From the NCBI GenBank assembly GCA_013002265.1, contig JABDKK010000021.1, positions 1 to 38,888 of the forward strand: a stretch of DNA of 38,888 nt. The letters run 5' to 3'. The notes under the pieces were generated by a model. It ran no database searches and was not told the origin of the DNA. It saw only the letters and a program-made list of their open reading frames with translations. A program made the position numbers and the translations under genes. Position 1 is the stretch's first letter; every line of letters begins with the position of its first letter. Below are positions 9,699 to 18,124 of the stretch, piece by piece. The DNA comes from Nitrosopumilus sp. (GTDB lineage Archaea; Thermoproteota; Nitrososphaeria; Nitrososphaerales; Nitrosopumilaceae).

Positions 9699-10340
9699 CT
9701 ACGATGCTACAGCTCTTACTGGAGAGCCTGTAGCATCTTTTAGTTTTAATGGTAGAATAGTAAAATTGAATTCATTTCTTGGAATTTTATTCAAGTTTAC
9801 CAAGTTTTCTACAATCAGGATATTATTTTCTGATAAAATTTGATGTGCTGAAAATGATGGGTTATTTCCAAGATCAATGCTGGGTGAATCTATACCAACA
9901 AGATTAATTTTCTTAGATGAGAGATATTTTGATGCAGAAATATCCAAACCCGGATTTTCTGTAAAATAATTTGGTTTTTTTAGATTTTTTTGCCATCCAG
10001 TAAAAAAGAAGATAGAAGAATGATTTGGAATAGTTTTGTTCTTTTTTTCAAATAAAGTAATGTCTGATTTTGTTATTGGAGTATTCTTTGATTTTGGAAC
10101 TTTAATTAAAATTGCATTTCCAAACAATCTATCAATTGAGATTTGGTGTATTTTTAGACCATTTTTTACAAAATGATATGGCGCATCAATGTGTGTTCCT
10201 GTATGTGAACTAAGAAAGAGTAGTTCAAGATTATATCCGTCTTCGTTAATATTGGACCAATCAATGAATTTTGGTTTTGGTGAACCTGGGAAGCTAGGAA
10301 TGGATTCAGAGATGGTTAGTGTAAGATCTACTGGTTTCAC
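9699..10340 (-). CDS. Cyclase-family metal-dependent hydrolase (kynurenine formamidase-like)
   Basis: HTGTHIDAPYH, VGIDSPSID, IVENL, GSPVRAVA. Confidence 0.9.
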   Translation of the reverse strand: MKPVDLTLTISESIPSFPGSPKPKFIDWSNINEDGYNLELLFLSSHTGTHIDAPYHFVKNGLKIHQISIDRLFGNAILIKVPKSKNTPITKSDITLFEKKNKTIPNHSSIFFFTGWQKNLKKPNYFTENPGLDISASKYLSSKKINLVGIDSPSIDLGNNPSFSAHQILSENNILIVENLVNLNKIPRNEFNFTILPLKLKDATGSPVRAVAS

Positions 10341-10394
10341 ATCAATAGAATGAATTGGTGATTAATCAGTTTTTGAACTATCAAAGGTTAAATA

Positions 10395-10673
10395 GTGATT
10401 CATGAAAATTTTCATGTGCCAACTGCGTATGTTCTATTGAATTCTGATCTAGGATCAGATGAGTCAATAATTAACGAAGTAAAGCAGATTCTTTCTGAAG
10501 AAAAAATAGAATATGAGGTTCAAGGAGTATACGGTGTATACGACATTGTTCTCAAATTATCTTCAGATGATGCTGAAAAGTTACGCTCAATAATTACCAA
10601 CAAAGTCCGAAAAATCAGTAAAGTTCAGTCTACATTGACTATGATGGTAATTGAGGAGCAAGAAAACCTATAG
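10395..10673 (+). CDS. Stand-alone Lrp/AsnC ligand-binding (RAM) domain protein; probable start GTG at 10416
   Basis: AYVLLN...GVYGVYDIVLK...VRKISKVQSTLTM; no HTH domain. Confidence 0.85.
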   Translation: MIHENFHVPTAYVLLNSDLGSDESIINEVKQILSEEKIEYEVQGVYGVYDIVLKLSSDDAEKLRSIITNKVRKISKVQSTLTMMVIEEQENL

Positions 10674-11819
10674 TTTTTTAATCGCATCAATTACCTGAAG
10701 CATTTCAGATTCTGTATTAAAAAAGTGAGGAGAAACCCTTACAATCTTTTTTTCCATTATTTCTCTTTCTGCTAAAATTATATTTTGTTTTTCGAGTCTT
10801 TCTACAATTTCTTCTGAGCTGAATCCATCAATGTTAAAAGAAATAATACTTGTTCTCTCATTTGGATCTTCTGGTCCATACAACTCAACTTTTGGCATTT
10901 TAGATAATTCTTCTCTAAATAAATTTGATAGATGTTTATTTTTTTCACGAATATTTTTCATACCAAATTCTTGAAGATATTTTGCAGATGCTTCTAATCC
11001 AGCAATACCAACATAATTTCTAAAACCTGTTTGGAATTTATCTGGTAATTCTTTGTATGCAAGTTTTTCATTTTCATAGATTATTGCAGATTCTCCTCCA
11101 ATTGTTGTTGGTTCTAGTAATTCACTTGAACTTCTACTACAATAAAATAATCCAGTTCCCATTGGACCACAAAGCCATTTTGAGCCATTAAAAGACATAA
11201 AATTACACTTTATCTTTGATACATCCACTTCATCTATGCAACCAATAGTTTGGGCACTATCAATAAAAAAAGGAATTTTATCTTCTAGTAATTTTCCTAC
11301 TTTAGCTACAGGCAATATTGAGCCAGTATTGTACAATGCATGACTGAGGGCGACTAGTTTTGTATCTTTATCAATTTTTGATTCTAGTTGATCTAATTGA
11401 AAAAACCCGTTGTTATCTATAGGTAGATTTCTTATTGTAGTTTTTTCTTTTAGTTTTAACCAAGGATAAAGATTAGCGTGATGTTCATGTGTCATTCCAC
11501 GAATAATCATGTTAGAGTTTTTTTCAAAAGTTAGTCCATTTGCTACAATATTGATTCCATCAGAGGTACTTTGAGTAAGAACAATTTCATCAGGTTGACA
11601 AGAAATGATTTTTGAAATAATTTTTCTAACATTTCGTAGTTTTTCTTCTACAAATGTTGCTGAATCCTTTGAATCTGGACCAATGGAATTGTATGTAATA
11701 AGAAAATCATCCATTGCCTGAATGCTTTGATTAGGCATAAGAGAAACTGAGGCATTGTTTAGATAGATTTTTTCTGATTTGGGAAAATCATCTGAAATAT
11801 CTTTTGAAACTAAATTCAT
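10668..11819 (-). CDS. Class V PLP-dependent enzyme (cysteine desulfurase/kynureninase-like fold)
   Basis: IYLNNAS, EHHAN, DSAQTIG, GSKWLCGPMG, RVSPHFFNT. Confidence 0.88.
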   Translation of the reverse strand: MNLVSKDISDDFPKSEKIYLNNASVSLMPNQSIQAMDDFLITYNSIGPDSKDSATFVEEKLRNVRKIISKIISCQPDEIVLTQSTSDGINIVANGLTFEKNSNMIIRGMTHEHHANLYPWLKLKEKTTIRNLPIDNNGFFQLDQLESKIDKDTKLVALSHALYNTGSILPVAKVGKLLEDKIPFFIDSAQTIGCIDEVDVSKIKCNFMSFNGSKWLCGPMGTGLFYCSRSSSELLEPTTIGGESAIIYENEKLAYKELPDKFQTGFRNYVGIAGLEASAKYLQEFGMKNIREKNKHLSNLFREELSKMPKVELYGPEDPNERTSIISFNIDGFSSEEIVERLEKQNIILAEREIMEKKIVRVSPHFFNTESEMLQVIDAIKKL

Positions 11820-11842
11820 TATTATATCTGTAAAATGCTAAA

Positions 11843-12466
11843 ATGGTGTTGGATAAAAGTCCTGAGCAAATTTTAGATAATAATTTAGTTCATTTAAAAA
11901 ATGAATTTCAAAGTCACATTCCTAGCATAGTTATGTGTTCAGAACCATTTCATAAGACAGAATTTCTAAGCAGATTAATTAATTCAGTTACAATTCCAAT
12001 AATTTTTGTAGATATGGATTTACTTTACACAGGATATGTCGAATCCCAAATGATTCCTAAAAAAGAAAATGTAATATTTTTTCATCCAGATAAAACAAAT
12101 TGGAAAGAAAAATTATCAGATATAATATCTACTATATCAGAAGAAAATTATCTAGTCATTATTGATTCATTTAATGGAGTTTACAACATGTTTGATGATC
12201 TTGAATCAGCAAGATTCATCAATTCTTGTATAATGTTGCTCTCATCAATTTCTAGACAAGTAAATTCAACAGTTGTGGTTGCTGCACTTGCAAGAAAGAA
12301 AGAGAGTGGTGAATGGGTAGTATCTCCAGGTGGCAAGCACATCATAAAGTCAGGAAAAACAGGTGTCTATTTTTTAAAAAAATCAAAGGACGATCTTAGA
12401 ATCAGTATTTTAGAGAAGAACGATATGTTTTCAAAATCGTTTAAGATTGAAAGAAAAAAAGACTGA
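11843..12466 (+). CDS. Hypothetical protein resembling a degenerate RecA/RadB-like ATPase fold
   Basis: SEPFHKT at the Walker A position, IIFVD, LVIIDSF Walker-B-like, PGGK. Confidence 0.55.
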   Translation: MVLDKSPEQILDNNLVHLKNEFQSHIPSIVMCSEPFHKTEFLSRLINSVTIPIIFVDMDLLYTGYVESQMIPKKENVIFFHPDKTNWKEKLSDIISTISEENYLVIIDSFNGVYNMFDDLESARFINSCIMLLSSISRQVNSTVVVAALARKKESGEWVVSPGGKHIIKSGKTGVYFLKKSKDDLRISILEKNDMFSKSFKIERKKD

Positions 12467-12485
12467 TTTTTAGCGATCAGAATTC

Positions 12486-12519
12486 AAACGCCGTTATAAA
12501 ATTTTAAACGCCGTTATAA
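12486..12519. promoter_or_regulatory. Two identical 14-bp boxes AAACGCCGTTATAA, 20 bp apart, each with palindromic core AACG-C-CGTT, upstream of the ferredoxin promoter
   Basis: Exact copies at 12486-12499 and 12506-12519; TATA-like TTATATTA at about 12539-12546. Confidence 0.65.
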
Positions 12520-12572
12520 CACCATAATTTTAGGCAAATTATATTAAGAGCAAATCAAGAATTAATTTTGTT

Positions 12573-12872
12573 ATGCCAGTAGGAATTATTCCAGACATCG
12601 GTGAACAAATGTGTATCGGATGTGCACTATGTGTAGAAATCTGTACAACATTAGGACCAGATGTACTTAGAGTAAAACCAGTTGAAGGCTGGAAGAGAGG
12701 TAAAGCATTTGTTTTCTACCCAGAAAGATGTATTTCTGATGGTGCATGCATCGGTGTATGCCCAACAAAAGCAATCTTTTGGATGAGACCAATGGACTTT
12801 ACTGTTGGACAACCAGTTCCACTCTACAAAAACTCAGTCTTCGTCAAAGGTTGGACTGAATTAATCGATTAG
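12573..12872 (+). CDS. Dicluster ferredoxin
   Basis: CIGCALCVEIC and CISDGACIGVCP motifs. Confidence 0.93.
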   Translation: MPVGIIPDIGEQMCIGCALCVEICTTLGPDVLRVKPVEGWKRGKAFVFYPERCISDGACIGVCPTKAIFWMRPMDFTVGQPVPLYKNSVFVKGWTELID

Positions 12873-12903
12873 ATTAGTTCAATCATCTTTAATTTCTTTT
12901 TCT
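12857..12903 (+). terminator. Putative terminator: hairpin plus T-rich tract after the ferredoxin gene
   Basis: TGAATTAATC-N5-GATTAGTTCA (one G:U pair) followed by TCTTTAATTTCTTTTTCT. Confidence 0.4.
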
Positions 12904-12913
12904 TATTTTAAAT

Positions 12914-13921
12914 TTAAACAGGACCAGATGATGTTTCTGTAATTTTTGGTTTCTTCTTTAACCACAATAATGCAGCAATAAACATAATTCCCGGAACAAG
13001 GATGATGATTAACATTAATTCATAATATGTTGTAAGTCTTTGAGCAGGTTTTATGTGATATATTTCATGAGAAGTTTTTTCTGGATTATCATAAACTGCG
13101 GCAGTAAAATCAACTGATCTTTGTTCTTTACTTTCTACTTTTCCAAATACAGTAACACTTTCTTCGGCAAATATAGAAGGTGAATGAATTCCTTCAATTC
13201 TAATAATAATTGAACCCGAATCACTAAAAACAAAATTTCTATAATCACCACCAATTTGACTTATTCCTTCATCACGAAAAATTTCTTTTCCATTTTGAAA
13301 TATTACAAAATTATATTTCATTTCAGCAAGATTTGAATTTGTTTGTGGATCATAGAATTGATAGACAAATTGGATTTTTTCATGAGTTTTAATAACTGGA
13401 GGATCCCATGTCAAATTTACTTCTATATCTAAATCATGTGTATATTGCAATAATGGAAAATTTAATCTTGCACCAGTTGCATCGTGCGGATAATCAGGGA
13501 TTTGTTTTTCAACAATTAAAATTCCATCCATCCAAGGATGAATTGTACAATAATAAGAAAAAGAACCGGATTCTTCAAATTTGTAAGACCAAGATTCGCC
13601 AGGCATAATTCTATCACTGTCAAAATTACCATCAGGAGTTCCAAAATTATCACTCATCCAACCAAATCTTCCAGAACCTTCACCACTAGTTACAGTATGA
13701 GATTCTATATCATCATTATACCAGGTAATTGTATCACCAACTTTTAGAAACATTTGAGGAGGATCATACCAAACTTCTGCAGGAGTATTCAATTCTGGAT
13801 TATAGGCTCCAAATGGAATATCAATGATGTATTCCTCAGCATCAACAAATGGTATTATGCCTAAAATGAGTAATAATGGAATTAAAAACAAGAACTGCAC
13901 GAATATTTTACAAAAAATCAA
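12914..13921 (-). CDS. Membrane-anchored blue (type 1) copper cupredoxin-domain protein
   Basis: Signal peptide; VGDTITW, HTVT, YYCTIHPWM ligand set; extra domain and C-terminal TM helix. Confidence 0.88.
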   Translation of the reverse strand: MIFCKIFVQFLFLIPLLLILGIIPFVDAEEYIIDIPFGAYNPELNTPAEVWYDPPQMFLKVGDTITWYNDDIESHTVTSGEGSGRFGWMSDNFGTPDGNFDSDRIMPGESWSYKFEESGSFSYYCTIHPWMDGILIVEKQIPDYPHDATGARLNFPLLQYTHDLDIEVNLTWDPPVIKTHEKIQFVYQFYDPQTNSNLAEMKYNFVIFQNGKEIFRDEGISQIGGDYRNFVFSDSGSIIIRIEGIHSPSIFAEESVTVFGKVESKEQRSVDFTAAVYDNPEKTSHEIYHIKPAQRLTTYYELMLIIILVPGIMFIAALLWLKKKPKITETSSGPV

Positions 13922-14043
13922 TAATTAAATGATTATTACTAAATTCAATAGTGACAAGTAATTATCAGACTAAAGAATTAGTCATAGTATTTAGTAAAGA
14001 TTAGAAGCTTTGATATTAATATAAAAATCAATTATGAAATACA

Positions 14044-15795
14044 TTGTCGATCTCATTAAATCTTGATAAAAAACTGATTTTCTTGGTAATGATAGTATCA
14101 GTAATTGCACTATCAATTATTGGCTATCTAAGTTTCAATTATGCTGATCAAATTTTGAAAGAAAGAGCTGGTGATCAACTAATTGGAGAGTCTACAGTTC
14201 GTGGAGAGACTCTTAGATTACTTTTTGAATCTAGGATGGAACAGAATAGTATTCTAGCAAATGATCCAATGATTCAATTGTTGATCTCAGAGATGAATGG
14301 TATTTCTGAAGATAAATTAAAAGAAACCATAGAAGACAATCGTAGAGACTTTTTAATTCAAGTTCAAGCATTTCAGGAATTAGTTGGATTTTCTATAGGA
14401 TTTGAGGATGTAAAAATAATTGGTTTGAATGGTAAAGTTTACTTTTCACTTGAAAGAATAACAGATGAAGAATATTTGGAAGATCCGTTATTCCAAAAGG
14501 GATTAAAAAAATCATTCATAGAGTTTGAACCAATAGAGTCTGGTAAAAAAATGATAGTGGTATCACCTGTTTTTGCTAAAGATAGTAAAATTGGAGATAA
14601 GGCAATTGGAGTAATAATATCTAAGATGAGAACTACAACAATTGATAATATTTTAATCAATAGAAGTGGATTAGGAGAAACCGGTGAAGTGTACATTGTA
14701 AGTAATGATTTGTTAATGTTATCTGAATCTAGATTCATTGATGATGCCATTTTTCATCAAAAAGTGGATACCCTAGGCGTTCAAAAATGTCTTAATGAAG
14801 GAGAAGATCATGTGGGATTTTATTTAGATTATAGAGATATTCCAATTTATGGTTCAACTTATTGTGCGAATGATTTAGGAATAGTTTTGCTTGTAGAAAT
14901 TGACCAGGCAGAGATTGAAAAACCAATAGACATACTTCAAGATAGAATATTCCAGACAGGAATTGTGATTACATTAGGAATGGGCATGGTTGCTTTTATT
15001 ATATCAAAATCACTATCAAGACCTATAATCAAATTGAAAAATGCTGCAAATAAAATTGCAAGTGGAGATTTTGGTGTTAGAACCAACATAAAGACAAGAG
15101 ATGAGATAGGAGAACTCTCTTTTGCATTTGACTCTATGGCAGAAAAGCTTCAAGAATCATTATTTGAAATCAAAGAGAAAGAAGACGTGATTAAGCAGCA
15201 AGAAGATATTTTGTTACAATTCTCAGACCAGAGTGAAAAATACTGTGTTGGAATGATTGATATAATGGATTCAACTAAGATATGCTCAAATCTTTCAGAT
15301 TCAGAAACAAGTGAATTTTATAATATTTTTATCAATTCTATTGCTGCAATTATTAACAAATTTGGAGGAATTGTTGTAAAAAACATTGGCGATGCTTTGT
15401 TATTTTATTTCTCACTTGAGAACAGTAATGAAAAAGACACTTTGAAAAGTTGTTTAGATTGTTGCTTAGCCTTAAGTGAGGCACATGATGGAATTGTAAA
15501 AAAACTAGAAAAACTTAAACTTCCAACATTAAACTATAGAATTAGTGCTACATATGGAATTGTGCGAATTGCAAGAGCGTCAACTTCATCTGTAAATGAC
15601 ATTTTTGGAACTACAGTAAACAAATGTGCAAAAATGAATCGAAGTTCTCCCCCAAATGGAGTAATAATTGGAGAGAATTTCTATGAAGCTGTGAAAGATT
15701 TTGATGAATATGTGTTCAAGAAAATCGAGAATAAAGTTGTATCAACAGAGGAAGTATATGTTGGATATTCTGTTGAAAGAAATCATTGTGAATGA
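14044..15795 (+). CDS. Membrane sensor: Cache-like domain, HAMP and class III adenylate/guanylate cyclase
   Basis: Two TM helices around LGETGEVYIV...YRDIPIYG; HAMP RDEIGELSFAFDSM; cyclase IDIMDST, KNIGDA, DIFGTTVN. Confidence 0.88.
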   Translation: MSISLNLDKKLIFLVMIVSVIALSIIGYLSFNYADQILKERAGDQLIGESTVRGETLRLLFESRMEQNSILANDPMIQLLISEMNGISEDKLKETIEDNRRDFLIQVQAFQELVGFSIGFEDVKIIGLNGKVYFSLERITDEEYLEDPLFQKGLKKSFIEFEPIESGKKMIVVSPVFAKDSKIGDKAIGVIISKMRTTTIDNILINRSGLGETGEVYIVSNDLLMLSESRFIDDAIFHQKVDTLGVQKCLNEGEDHVGFYLDYRDIPIYGSTYCANDLGIVLLVEIDQAEIEKPIDILQDRIFQTGIVITLGMGMVAFIISKSLSRPIIKLKNAANKIASGDFGVRTNIKTRDEIGELSFAFDSMAEKLQESLFEIKEKEDVIKQQEDILLQFSDQSEKYCVGMIDIMDSTKICSNLSDSETSEFYNIFINSIAAIINKFGGIVVKNIGDALLFYFSLENSNEKDTLKSCLDCCLALSEAHDGIVKKLEKLKLPTLNYRISATYGIVRIARASTSSVNDIFGTTVNKCAKMNRSSPPNGVIIGENFYEAVKDFDEYVFKKIENKVVSTEEVYVGYSVERNHCE

Positions 15796-16961
15796 TTGTT
15801 TTTTCTAAAACTAAATTTTGAGGTCCAACCATTCTTTTGTTTTTTATTTGGTTTTTTTGATAGATTGTCCAGCATTTCATATGTTATGGTAAATCCATGT
15901 CCTACCATAGTAGCATCCTTGGCATATTGTTCTTTATTAGGCACAAATTCATCTGCTAAATCTTTAATTTTTTTAGTTTTTAGATCAAACAAACGAATTT
16001 TTTTACCATTTTCAAGTTTAATTATTGCATCTCCACTTAATCCTTGAATTGAAAAAGTCTCAAAAAATCGTATAGAACCCCCTTCCTTTAATTCTATAAT
16101 TGAATCATAAGTTAATTTTCCACCATAAAATAAAATTTCTCTTGCTGACAATACCACATCATCTTCCACATTTAGTACAACAATTGTATCTGCATCAAGG
16201 CGAACTGTATTTACAACATTTTCAGCAATAATTTTTCCTTTAGGAGCTGAAATGTGTGTTCTATGTTCTTGAATTTGAAATATTCCAACTCTTCCTTCAG
16301 GATCTTCTACCCTAAATTTTCTACCAAAAATATTTCCTACAACAACATTACCATTTTCAGCTATTAATCTAGCCCCGTTTTCTATTTTGTATTTGTTATC
16401 TAGAGGATTAACAAATTTGAAATCTCCATTTGTTAGTTTGATATTGGTTTGGAATTCTTTTGTCCATGATGGACTTGTGATATTACCTTGCATAATTATT
16501 GAACCATCATAAGACAATCCACCTGCCATGAAATTTCCTTTGATTGATAATGCACCATTTGCTTTTCTTTCTAGCTCAATCTCACCAAGAGTTTTTGAGC
16601 CAAACAATCTTGTTCCAGTTGAATTTGCTCGGTTTAATGCTGCTGCCCATTCTTGAGCAGTTTGCATTTCTTTTGATAATTCTTGACCAAGAATCTGATT
16701 TTTTCTTCTTACATCACTTTCGGAATCATCAGAATATACTCTAGAATTCTTTATTTTTTCAAAATCAGTCTCAGGATATTTTTTCCCAATTTTAAGATCC
16801 TCATATGCTTGCTTAATTTTGATGAATTGCTCATTTTCTCCACCACGATCTGAGTGATATTGAAGTGCCAATCTTCTAAACGCATCTCTTATCTCTTTTT
16901 CAGTAGAGCCTTCAAGTATGCCTAAAATATCATAATTACTTTCAACCATGCCTTCTCTCAA
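15783..16961 (-). CDS. J-domain (DnaJ-like) protein with uncharacterised C-terminal region
   Basis: NYDILGI...EIRDAFRRLALQYHSDRGG...FIKIKQAYEDL; probable start ATG at 16949. Confidence 0.82.
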   Translation of the reverse strand: MREGMVESNYDILGILEGSTEKEIRDAFRRLALQYHSDRGGENEQFIKIKQAYEDLKIGKKYPETDFEKIKNSRVYSDDSESDVRRKNQILGQELSKEMQTAQEWAAALNRANSTGTRLFGSKTLGEIELERKANGALSIKGNFMAGGLSYDGSIIMQGNITSPSWTKEFQTNIKLTNGDFKFVNPLDNKYKIENGARLIAENGNVVVGNIFGRKFRVEDPEGRVGIFQIQEHRTHISAPKGKIIAENVVNTVRLDADTIVVLNVEDDVVLSAREILFYGGKLTYDSIIELKEGGSIRFFETFSIQGLSGDAIIKLENGKKIRLFDLKTKKIKDLADEFVPNKEQYAKDATMVGHGFTITYEMLDNLSKKPNKKQKNGWTSKFSFRKNNHSQ

Positions 16962-17039
16962 GTTTTCCGCTTAATTTTTTCATATTTCCTATACTTCTAG
17001 TTTTTTACATTATAAAATATCAAGGATTCTTAATTATAT

Positions 17040-17510
17040 TCAGATCATATCTTTGAGAAAACCTGTAAAACCATCAGAGGGGACCACTTCAATTGATCTT
17101 AATTCACCAAGAGGTAACAATTTTTCTCGTTTATCATAATAATTGAAAATTCCTTCCTTATCTGGATAAATTATTATTATGTCAGTTTGACCAGGTTCTA
17201 ATAGATCTGTTTGCACATTAAATCCTTCAATGTAAAGTCGATGATGTTTGTTTCCATGATTTTCAACTGTTAATTCATATGCAAAACTTGTTCTCATAAT
17301 TAATGTCGGGTTATTTTCTTCAGATGTACCTAAAACTCCAACTAGAACAGTTTGTTCATCAATGTCTTTGAATGCAACGGTTTGTTGAACTTTTTCAGGC
17401 CAAAAAATTTCTACATGCCTTACATTTCCTTGTCCAATAAATCCAATAAATGATGCAAAACCAATAATGCCTACAATTAAACCAATTAGGGCAAAAGTTC
17501 TATCTTTCAA
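17040..17510 (-). CDS. Membrane-anchored cupredoxin-like protein lacking the type 1 Cu cysteine
   Basis: N-terminal TM; LTVENxGxxxHxL, LEPGQT, P..EGIFNYY pattern. Confidence 0.6.
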   Translation of the reverse strand: MKDRTFALIGLIVGIIGFASFIGFIGQGNVRHVEIFWPEKVQQTVAFKDIDEQTVLVGVLGTSEENNPTLIMRTSFAYELTVENHGNKHHRLYIEGFNVQTDLLEPGQTDIIIIYPDKEGIFNYYDKREKLLPLGELRSIEVVPSDGFTGFLKDMI

Positions 17511-17600
17511 TTACTATATTATATTCATTATACTATTTTATTGATCACGTAATTATCAATTTATTGAAAAACAATTAAAAAATAATCTAGTTTTGAGATT

Positions 17601-18023
17601 CTATTTTACAACTAGAACCGGTATCTTTGTTTTATGCATTACATAGTTTGATGTACTACCAAGAAAAGCTTCCTTTGCTCCACCCATACCTCTTGCACCT
17701 ATTACTATCATGTCATACTTTCCTTTCTGAGCAAATTTGACAATCTCTGATCCAGTGTGACCACCTCCAGTTTTGTATTTGAAAGTAGCACCAGCTTTTT
17801 GAGCTCTGTTCATTGCTGGACCAATAGCTTTGATAGCTTTCTTTTGGGCATCATCTTTCATTTTTTGTGTGTATTTTATTCCTGCAGTTAATGGCAAATG
17901 AAAGACATAAAATCCTGTAATTTCAGCCTGACTTCCTTTAGCAATTTCAATTGCTCTATCTAGACCACGAGTAGCATTAGCAGAACCATCAAGTGGCACT
18001 AGAATTTTTTTGAACTTTGCCAT
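17601..18023 (-). CDS. Universal stress protein (UspA family)
   Basis: KILVPLDGS, DMIVIGARG-x9-GSTS, PVLVVK. Confidence 0.94.
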   Translation of the reverse strand: MAKFKKILVPLDGSANATRGLDRAIEIAKGSQAEITGFYVFHLPLTAGIKYTQKMKDDAQKKAIKAIGPAMNRAQKAGATFKYKTGGGHTGSEIVKFAQKGKYDMIVIGARGMGGAKEAFLGSTSNYVMHKTKIPVLVVK

Positions 18024-18053
18024 AACTTAAAAAAAGAATTATTCAATATAAGA

Positions 18054-18075
18054 AACATTGATGATTTTCAATGTT
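18054..18075. promoter_or_regulatory. Perfect inverted repeat AACATTGA-N6-TCAATGTT between divergent usp and VIT1 genes (putative operator)
   Basis: 8-bp arms at 18054-18061 and 18068-18075. Confidence 0.55.
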
Positions 18076-18124
18076 GGGATTATTCAGTCTAATAAAATAT
18101 TGTCATTAAATAAAGAAGAGAAAA

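Noticed and set aside
12486-12519. Direct repeat as a CRISPR remnant or replication-origin box
   Set aside because: Only two 14-bp copies with a 6-bp gap, no cas or cdc6 gene nearby, and no G-string typical of ORB elements.
13936-13997. Inverted motifs TTACTAAAT/ATTTAGTAA and GACTAA-N4-TTAGTC between the cupredoxin and cyclase genes, and TTACTA-N8-TAGTAA at 22277-22296
   Set aside because: Short AT-rich arms with inconsistent spacing; cannot be separated from chance without comparative data.
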